DNA of 4,907 nt from a virus (Duplodnaviria > Heunggongvirae > Uroviricota > Caudoviricetes). Position 1 is the stretch's first letter. Each line of letters begins with the position of its first letter. Shown in pieces: positions 1-4,907 of this stretch. A program made the position numbers and the translations under genes. The notes beneath the pieces are model-generated. The model did not search any database. It had not been told where the DNA came from and was given only the letters and a program-made list of their open reading frames with translations. The DNA is taken from positions 1-4,907 of IMG/VR virus record IMGVR_UViG_2675903606_000017; one strand, given 5' to 3'.

Positions 1-342
1 CTGCATTACCGGCTGCACTTTCTGCCGTCTTTCTTGACAATTCAGCTTCTGCTGCACTTTGTGATGACTCACTGGCTTTTTGAGCGGCCGCAGAAGCCGA
101 GGACGAGGACGCATCCTCTGACTTCTTTGCTGAGGCTGCACTTTCTGCCGCCTGCCGGGCTGACTCCGATGCCTCCCCTGCTGAAGTGTCAGCATTTGCC
201 GCGCTCGCTTCCGCCTGACTGACTGATATGCCGGCATTCCTCGCGGACGTCTCTGCTTCTCCGGCATTCTTCTTCGCCTCCTCTGCGTGACGCGCCACCT
301 CTTCCACCATCAGTTCAAAACGACGCAGTGCCTCCGGACGGA
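1..342 (-). pseudogene. Internal fragment of a lambdoid-type side tail fibre protein (Stf-like); the ORF continues past the left edge of the window and its 5' part is missing, apparently cut off by the Mu-like insertion at about 343
   Basis: Hand translation of the minus strand from 358 down to 1 gives one open frame with no stop: DSPGYIRPEALRRFELMVEEVARHAEEAKKNAGEAETSARNAGISVSQAEASAANADTSAGEASESARQAAESAASAKKSEDASSSSASAAAQKASESSQSAAEAELSRKTAESAAGNA. The RPEALRRFELMVEEVAR block followed by an Ala/Ser/Glu/Lys-rich repetitive shaft matches, from memory, the conserved N-terminal region of phage lambda Stf-type side tail fibres (lambda has ...DDARPEVLRRLELMVEEVARNA...). The conserved block is preceded in frame by unrelated residues and then a stop about 19 codons upstream (around 398-400). 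The only in-frame ATG (309-311) falls inside the conserved block (the M of ELMVEE). The ORF is absent from the six-frame track, presumably because it has no stop inside the window. Confidence 0.65.
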
Positions 343-357
343 TGTAACCAGGTGAAT

Positions 358-371
358 CATTTGATACCGAC
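358..371 (+). repeat. Putative terminal transposase-binding site L1 (CATTTGATACCGAC)
   Basis: TTTGATACCGAC at 360-371 is repeated exactly at 455-466 and as TTTGATACTGC at 507-517. Extended, L1 (358-371, CATTTGATACCGAC) matches the third copy (505-518, CATTTGATACTGCT) at 12 of 14 positions. The three copies start about 16, 111 and 163 bp from the proposed end, similar to the L1/L2/L3 arrangement I recall for Mu attL. Confidence 0.45.
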
Positions 372-452
372 AAGGGTTTTAGTGAAAGGAGGTGAAATCA
401 CCTGTAAGATGCTGAAATAAAACAGGTGATGTATACTTCGGACGGAAAACTC

Positions 453-466
453 TTTTTGATACCGAC
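453..466 (+). repeat. Putative terminal transposase-binding site L2 (TTTTTGATACCGAC)
   Basis: Exact 12-bp repeat of the L1 core (TTTGATACCGAC, 455-466), same orientation. Confidence 0.45.
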
Positions 467-504
467 TGCTCAACAAATAGTCAAAAGATCAAAAAACGGC
501 GACA

Positions 505-518
505 CATTTGATACTGCT
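505..518 (+). repeat. Putative terminal transposase-binding site L3 (CATTTGATACTGCT)
   Basis: 12 of 14 match to the L1 copy at 358-371, same orientation, about 40 bp downstream of L2. Confidence 0.4.
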
Positions 519-698
519 AATTTACCCTTAAAATCTTCTTCAAAACATCTTCAAACTGCCAAAATGCTCACATAATCGATCTAACTATAATCAGTATGAT
601 AATCATCATGAATTACTATTCAATAGCGTGATTATCTTGGGATGAGTCATATGATCTCTATATGTATTTACAGCACCACCTCATGATAGCGATGGCGC

Positions 699-1310
699 TT
701 AACCAACAACATTTTTCTTTACTGTCACTGCCCCTGATTCCTGGGTGGCGTTATTGCTCGAGTTGTACTTCTCAATAACGCGCAAAATCTCTTTGTCTGT
801 TTCTTCACTTCCCGCCATTCCTATCTTTATTGCATTTTTTAGTACGGGACGTAATGGCAAGGCATCAATGATGCTTTCTACCGCATCCTGGCTGATTGTA
901 GATGTATTCATTGCTGCCAGCCTGACAAGGTTGTTAGTACCTTCTCGCCTGATGAATGTAAGGATTAATTGCTTCTCTTGGGGGCTTAGAGAGCTAAGCG
1001 CCTGATCAATACCCGAACCCGAATCGCAATTTTTTTCGATTTTTCCGCATTCATCTTCGTTCTTGCCTGTGGCCAACCATTCGAGTGAACAATTACAGGC
1101 TTTAGCTATTAAGGCCAGTTTATCCAAAGGAGGGAAGTTTTTCCCCTTCCTGTAATTTCTTACTGTGGCTTCAGATAGTCCACAAAGGGTCGCCAGTTCG
1201 ACGTTTGTCATGTTTCCCATAGCCATAGCTAAGCGTTCTGAAAATCGGTTTATTCCTTCCATATCAATAAACCGTTCCGCACTGGATACGGTTTTTTCTG
1301 CCTTATCCAT
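699..1310 (-). CDS. Prophage repressor with an XRE/Cro-CI-type helix-turn-helix (functional analogue of Mu c)
   Basis: 203-aa ORF divergent from ner-A-B, in the position of Mu c. Residues about 30-85 (MTNVELATLCGLSEATVRNYRKGKNFPPLDKLALIAKACNCSLEWLATG) look like a typical XRE-family HTH. Good Shine-Dalgarno on the minus strand (AGGGGG, 4 nt, ATG at 1310). No obvious LexA-like Ser/Lys autocleavage motif. The C-terminal tail (...ESGAVTVKKNVVG) loosely resembles the Mu repressor C-terminus as I recall it. Confidence 0.75.
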   Translation of the reverse strand: MDKAEKTVSSAERFIDMEGINRFSERLAMAMGNMTNVELATLCGLSEATVRNYRKGKNFPPLDKLALIAKACNCSLEWLATGKNEDECGKIEKNCDSGSGIDQALSSLSPQEKQLILTFIRREGTNNLVRLAAMNTSTISQDAVESIIDALPLRPVLKNAIKIGMAGSEETDKEILRVIEKYNSSNNATQESGAVTVKKNVVG

Positions 1311-1466
1311 ATAACCCCCTATAAAACAAAGAAATTATCGGCATCGCATTTAATTTCGATATGCTCGCAAAAAACTGTTGATATCGAATTATTTTGCGAT
1401 TATGATTTACCTAAATCGATAACCGGTTTTGATTATCGGTTCAGGTAAACATGAGAGGATCACACA
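1311..1466. promoter_or_regulatory. Divergent operator/promoter region between repressor and ner; likely also the transposition enhancer equivalent
   Basis: AT-rich 156-bp intergenic region between divergent genes. The pentamer TATCG or its complement CGATA occurs five times (1336-1340, 1357-1361, 1382-1386, 1417-1421, 1434-1438). These include an inverted repeat CGATAA(1417-1422)-N10-TTATCG(1433-1438) centred on the palindrome ACCGGT (1422-1427). The region lies about 970-1120 bp from the proposed left end, comparable to the Mu operator/enhancer position. Confidence 0.5.
1378..1406 (+). promoter_or_regulatory. Candidate early promoter (Pe-like) for ner-A-B: -35 TTGATA (1378-1383), 17-bp spacer, -10 TATGAT (1401-1406)
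   Basis: Near-consensus sigma70 hexamers with the optimal 17-bp spacer, about 60 bp upstream of the ner start. Predicted transcription start near 1413, just upstream of the CGATAA-N10-TTATCG inverted repeat. Confidence 0.5.
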
Positions 1467-1733
1467 ATGAGGGTATCCAGACAAGCATCGAATAATTTGT
1501 TTGTTCGAGAGGGGTGTGACTGGTCTGCTAAAGCGGTATATGCAGCCCTTGAAAACAAAGGCACAGACCTCCCTGAACTGGAAAGGGAGTTAGGATTAAA
1601 AAGCGGATCAATGCGCAATGTGTTTTACCGCCAGTGCCGTAAATACGAAGCCGCCATCGCCGAAAAAATAGGGGTTGAACCTGCTGTAATCTGGCCCAGC
1701 AGATACCAGGTGGACGCCAGAGAAGTGGCTTGA
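1467..1733 (+). CDS. ner: Ner-like DNA-binding protein (Mu Ner / Nlp family)
   Basis: 88-aa ORF immediately upstream of the transposase gene. Residues DW...LS...PEVIWPSRYQ match Mu Ner as recalled (DWHRADVIAGL...ETKPEVIWPSRYQ); this window has DWSAKAVYAAL...GVEPAVIWPSRYQ. Shine-Dalgarno GAGAGGA about 8 nt upstream of the ATG at 1467. The N-terminus is about 10 residues longer than Mu Ner, so the true start could differ. Confidence 0.85.
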   Translation: MRVSRQASNNLFVREGCDWSAKAVYAALENKGTDLPELERELGLKSGSMRNVFYRQCRKYEAAIAEKIGVEPAVIWPSRYQVDAREVA

Positions 1734-1743
1734 TGGGGGATGT

Positions 1744-3834
1744 ATGTGGGTAACAGCAAAAGAATGTGTTGGTCTTCCTGATTTACCAATGATGGAACAT
1801 AACATTCGCCATCGACTCACAAAAGCAGCTGCGGGAAATGCAGCCATGTTACGCAAACGTAAGGGGACAAAAGCAATCGAATTTAATATCGATTGTTTGC
1901 CTTCTGGCGCGCAACAAGTATTGCGTGAACGTTATGCCCTTCAACTGATGACGCAAAAAGCTGATGAATCACCGGCTCCGGTGGTGACAAAGGCCAGACG
2001 CTCATCTGCCGTGGTTGATGCGGTGGAGGCATATCGCGGATCACCACAACTGATGCTCGAACGCCTCAATGCCCTGACTGAAAACCAGCGCCAGGTGGCT
2101 GATGCACGAATCGCGATCGTCAGCGAAGTTCTGAAAGTCGCGCAACAACCTGGTTTCAGCTGTGCGAAGGCTATCCGGTTTATCGTTGACAACCTGGCAC
2201 GTTCGCAACTGGACGAGCGCATTGTGGCAATGGTTGAGACGGCGAACGCCAAAAAGGGAAACAGCCGTGCGTTGAGTGAAATCACGCTGAAACGCTGGAT
2301 TGCAGCCTTTAACAAGGCGCAGAACGCCGCTGAACGCCTGCTTTTGCTGGCACCTGGTAAGCGCCAGGAAATAAAAGCCGAAGATATTAACTGGCTGCCC
2401 GAATTTCTGGCGCAGTATCGCCAGTCAAACGGCCGACCAATGACCGAGGCTTACGAGGATTTTGTCGCTGAATGGCAGCACCGGCACGCTGATGAGCCTT
2501 ATATGCTCGATATCATGCCGTCTTATGACACCATTCGCCGCGCAATGAAGAAACTGCCGGAAGTGGTGAAACAAAAAGGCCGGGTGACCGGCAGTGAATA
2601 CCGCCAGCTTGAGGGATTCACGCGCCGCGACTGGTCCAGAATGCCGGTGAATTATGTCTGGATTGGTGACGGTCACGGCATGAAGCTGAAATGCGCACAC
2701 CCGGTTCACGGTCGGCCATTTGCACCGGAAGTGACCTTTGTTATCGACGGTGGCACGCGCTTTGTGGTGGGCTGGAGCCTTGACCTGGCTGAAAATGTTT
2801 TCGCCGTAGCCGGTGCCATACAGCACGGCATTCGCCATCACGGCAAACCGTTTCTGTATTACTCGGATAACGGCTCCGGGGAAACCGCCGACATCCTGGA
2901 TAAGGAGGTTGTGGGGATACTGCCGCGACTGGGGATTAATCACCCGACCGGGATTGCCGGTAATCCGCAGGGACGAGGCATTATCGAACGGCTTAACCGC
3001 ACATTACCGATGCGCATAGCCCGTAAATACCGCACCTATTTCGGGAAAGGTGCAGATCGCGAGACGTTACGCAAAACCAACCGCGATTTACGCTCGGCAT
3101 TTACTGCCCTGCAACAGGGCAAACGGCTGAACGCCCGGCAGCAGTCAGCGATGCGTGATTTACCGTCCTGGTCTGAACTGATTGATGCCATTCGTGACGG
3201 TGTTGAGTGGTACAACAACCGGCCGCACGATGAATTACCGGTGAAGCCGAACGGCAAGCATTACAGCCCGGCGGAGTTCAGAAAAAAACGCCTGGCGGAA
3301 GAGGACACGGAAATTGAATGGCTGTCCGATGTTGAGCTGCGGGATATGTTCCGGCCGATGGTGGAACGCCCTGTAAGACGCTGTGAAATACGCTGGCTGA
3401 ATAATATTTACTACGCGCCCGAGCTGCGTGACGAGCATGGTCGTAAGGTGCTTATCAGCTATGACATTCATGATGCCGAACGAATTACCGTACGTCGCCT
3501 GGATGGCAGCGTGATTTGCGAGGCGGTATGGGACGGCAATAAACGCGAAGCCTTCCCGATCAGCGCGGAATACCACAAACAGCAGCAGCGCCTTAAAGGC
3601 ATGCGTAAACGCGCAGAGGAAAAAATCCGTGATGCCGAGGATGAGATTGTCAACGTGCTGGAGCACAAGCCACAGGAGCCGTGGCTGGAAAATATATACC
3701 GCCCTGTGGGTAATACGGTGATCGTTCAGCAACCGGTCGCTGACGATGAACCTGATGAAGAATACGAGCGTAATTTCCAGCGGGGATTGCAGCTGCTTGA
3801 AGCGAAATTAAAAGAAAATGACCCTCTGGCCTGA
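1744..3834 (+). CDS. A: MuA-like DDE transposase
   Basis: 696-aa ORF. The N-terminus (WVTAKECVGLPDLP...KGTKAIEFNIDCLP) parallels the Mu A enhancer-binding domain (WVSPKECANLPGLP...KGGKAIEYNANSLP). Candidate catalytic DDE residues sit in VWIGDGHG, YYSDNGSG and GIIERLNRTL. The C-terminus (RPVGNT...DEEYERNFQRGLQLLE) resembles the Mu A C-terminal MuB/ClpX-interaction region. Shine-Dalgarno GGGGGA upstream; the start lies 10 nt after the ner stop. Confidence 0.95.
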   Translation: MWVTAKECVGLPDLPMMEHNIRHRLTKAAAGNAAMLRKRKGTKAIEFNIDCLPSGAQQVLRERYALQLMTQKADESPAPVVTKARRSSAVVDAVEAYRGSPQLMLERLNALTENQRQVADARIAIVSEVLKVAQQPGFSCAKAIRFIVDNLARSQLDERIVAMVETANAKKGNSRALSEITLKRWIAAFNKAQNAAERLLLLAPGKRQEIKAEDINWLPEFLAQYRQSNGRPMTEAYEDFVAEWQHRHADEPYMLDIMPSYDTIRRAMKKLPEVVKQKGRVTGSEYRQLEGFTRRDWSRMPVNYVWIGDGHGMKLKCAHPVHGRPFAPEVTFVIDGGTRFVVGWSLDLAENVFAVAGAIQHGIRHHGKPFLYYSDNGSGETADILDKEVVGILPRLGINHPTGIAGNPQGRGIIERLNRTLPMRIARKYRTYFGKGADRETLRKTNRDLRSAFTALQQGKRLNARQQSAMRDLPSWSELIDAIRDGVEWYNNRPHDELPVKPNGKHYSPAEFRKKRLAEEDTEIEWLSDVELRDMFRPMVERPVRRCEIRWLNNIYYAPELRDEHGRKVLISYDIHDAERITVRRLDGSVICEAVWDGNKREAFPISAEYHKQQQRLKGMRKRAEEKIRDAEDEIVNVLEHKPQEPWLENIYRPVGNTVIVQQPVADDEPDEEYERNFQRGLQLLEAKLKENDPLA

Positions 3835-3841
3835 AATAAAA

Positions 3842-3871
3842 AAATAACCCGAGCGGCGACTCAGGTTATTT
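3842..3871 (+). terminator. Stem-loop between the A and B genes; possible partial terminator, attenuator or RNA-stability element
   Basis: AAATAACCCGAG (3842-3853) pairs with CTCAGGTTATTT (3860-3871) at 11 of 12 positions (one C/A mismatch), with loop CGGCGA. An A-rich run lies 5' and the 3' arm is T-rich, followed by GATT. The GC core is short (CCCGAG/CTCAGG), so termination would be weak at best. Confidence 0.35.
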
Positions 3872-3909
3872 GATTAAACAAAGGAACTACACAAACGCGA
3901 GGTAATAAT

Positions 3910-4827
3910 ATGACCGATATAAACGATGTAATCAAGACCATTGATGAACTTATTGATGGCGGCGTGCTGACGCAGTATGCCATCGCCAGAGAGGCGGGAA
4001 TTTCCGACGGCACATTATCGGCTTTCCGCAAGGGGAAATATAAAGGCGATAACGCCGCTGTGGCTGCTTCCCTGCGCTCCTGGTATGAGAACTGGAATAA
4101 ACAAAGCGCACTGCCGGAACCGCCGCAGTTTGTGGAAACTCAGACAGTCCAGGAGCTGCGCGCACTGTTTCAGGCGGTTCGCCTGATGGGCTGTATTAAC
4201 GTTATTGTGGGCGTACCGGGTGTGGGTAAAACGGCCACTGCCCGTAATTACTGCCAGGAGCAACCAAACACCTGGATGATCACCCTGTCACCCGCGCACT
4301 CCAGCGTCACGGAGTGTCTGCTGGAGCTGGCCGATGCGCTGGGGATTGATTACACCCGCGCGAACAAAGGGGCATTATCCCGCGCCATCCGCCGTCGCCT
4401 GATGGGAACGCGTGGACTGGTGATTGTGGATGAGGCGGATCATCTTGGTATTGACGGTCTGGAGCAACTCCGGGCAATTCAGGACGCCACGGGGATCGGG
4501 ATGGTGCTTATTGGTAACCCGCGCGGATTGTTTAAAGGTGGACGCCGCGCCTTTGATGATTTATCGCGCCTGTTCAGCCGTCTTGCCCGTACAAAACAAC
4601 TTCGCAAGGCCAAAAAGGCGGATGTGCTGGCCATTGCCAGGGCATGGGGTATCAGTGGTGAGGCCGAGCTGGCTGTCATGCAGGCTATCGCTGAAAAGCC
4701 GGGAGCGTTACGCGTTCTGACACATACGCTTAACCAGGCGTGGCTCACCGCCAGCGGTGAAGGCGCGGCGCTGACAGAAAAACATATTAATGCGGCCTTT
4801 GGTAATGCTGCCAACTTACTGATTTAG
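3910..4827 (+). CDS. B: MuB-like AAA+ ATPase (transposition target-DNA activator)
   Basis: 305-aa ORF directly downstream of the transposase gene. Walker A GVPGVGKT and Walker B LVIVDEADHL are present. Strong similarity to Mu B as recalled (PEPPQFVETQTV here versus PEPPRFVETQTV; KPGALRVL versus KPGALRIL). Shine-Dalgarno GAGGT about 8 nt upstream of the ATG. Confidence 0.93.
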   Translation: MTDINDVIKTIDELIDGGVLTQYAIAREAGISDGTLSAFRKGKYKGDNAAVAASLRSWYENWNKQSALPEPPQFVETQTVQELRALFQAVRLMGCINVIVGVPGVGKTATARNYCQEQPNTWMITLSPAHSSVTECLLELADALGIDYTRANKGALSRAIRRRLMGTRGLVIVDEADHLGIDGLEQLRAIQDATGIGMVLIGNPRGLFKGGRRAFDDLSRLFSRLARTKQLRKAKKADVLAIARAWGISGEAELAVMQAIAEKPGALRVLTHTLNQAWLTASGEGAALTEKHINAAFGNAANLLI

Positions 4828-4907
4828 TGTATGATGGTGATTTTAAGGTGCTTGCGTGGCTTCCATTTCCATCAGATGTCCTTCCTGCTCCGCTACTGAA
4901 GGCGTGG

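Larger units (their letters stand above)
343..4907 (+). mobile_element. Mu-like transposable prophage, left end and early region (attL, repressor, ner, transposase A, ATPase B); continues beyond the right edge of the window
   Basis: Gene order and orientation match phage Mu: repressor transcribed leftward, then ner, A and B transcribed rightward. The MuA-like and MuB-like proteins carry their characteristic motifs. Tail fibre homology on the flank stops at about 340 and the next TG dinucleotide is at 343-344 (Mu ends are 5'-TG...CA-3'). The exact end position is uncertain by roughly 10 bp. Confidence 0.8.

Noticed and set aside
34-222. 62-aa plus-strand ORF in the left flank
   Set aside because: It lies antisense to the much better supported tail fibre reading frame and has low-complexity, repeat-driven composition with no ribosome-binding site; likely a by-product of the repetitive coding sequence on the other strand.
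386-413. Perfect Shine-Dalgarno-like AAGGAGGTGA (386-395) followed by an ATG at 409
   Set aside because: The ATG opens only a 3-codon ORF (MLK-stop). The sequence is part of the AGGTGA palindrome cluster and is better read as a DNA-level site.
520-698. AT-rich stretch between the third end repeat and the repressor 3' end, with short repeats (ATCTTCTTCAAAAC at 533-546, ATCTTCAAAC at 547-556) and the palindrome ATGATAATCAT (595-605)
   Set aside because: No ORF with a ribosome-binding site and no clear terminator hairpin. It may be bent DNA or a host-factor site at the element end, but the evidence is too thin for a specific call.
745-1005. 86-aa plus-strand ORF
   Set aside because: Fully antisense within the repressor gene; no ribosome-binding site; a typical shadow ORF.
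1311-1370. Leftward repressor promoter (Pc-like)
   Set aside because: A minus-strand -10-like GATAAT (plus 1334-1339) exists, but I could not find a convincing -35 at 16-18 bp spacing, so no precise call is made. The promoter is presumably weak or activator-dependent.
1365-1383. Possible IHF site (minus-strand TATCAACAGTTTT, near WATCAANNNNTTR) in the operator region
   Set aside because: The match is imperfect at the final position and overlaps the predicted -35 hexamer; it cannot be distinguished from chance without binding data.
1608-1856. 82-aa minus-strand ORF spanning the ner/transposase junction
   Set aside because: Antisense to two well-supported genes, with no independent signal.
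1941-3732. Several ORFs inside the transposase gene: 1941-2315 (-), 2425-2943 (-), 2813-3019 (+), 3036-3257 (-), 3235-3732 (-), 3468-3668 (-)
   Set aside because: All are antisense or out of frame within the 696-aa transposase ORF, which has clear homology and motifs. Long antisense ORFs are common in GC-rich coding DNA.
3950-4814. ORFs inside the ATPase gene: 3950-4165 (-), 3977-4186 (+), 4015-4263 (-), 4424-4720 (+), 4479-4814 (-)
   Set aside because: All overlap the well-supported ATPase frame and their products are Arg/Cys/Ser-rich, as expected of out-of-frame translation.

Overview
This window is the left end and early region of a Mu-like transposable prophage, and it appears to be inserted inside a lambdoid-type side tail fibre gene. 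I do not see a novel defence or other undescribed system here; the interest lies in the insertion context and the regulatory architecture. All calls rest on reading the sequence and on motifs recalled from phage Mu and lambda; no database search was possible. Layout, left to right: (1) 1-342, minus strand: an internal fragment of a tail fibre ORF that runs off the left edge and loses its 5' part at about 343. (2) About 343-520: the putative prophage left end (attL), starting 5'-TG, with three copies of a TTTGATAC[C/T]G motif. (3) 699-1310, minus strand: a repressor with an XRE-type helix-turn-helix. (4) 1311-1466: a divergent control region with a near-consensus rightward promoter and five TATCG/CGATA half-sites. 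(5) 1467-1733: a Ner-like DNA-binding protein. (6) 1744-3834: a MuA-like DDE transposase. (7) 3910-4827: a MuB-like ATPase. A hairpin lies between the transposase and ATPase genes, and another gene probably starts in the last 60 bp. The remaining ORFs in the six-frame track are overlapping or antisense to these genes and are treated as spurious.
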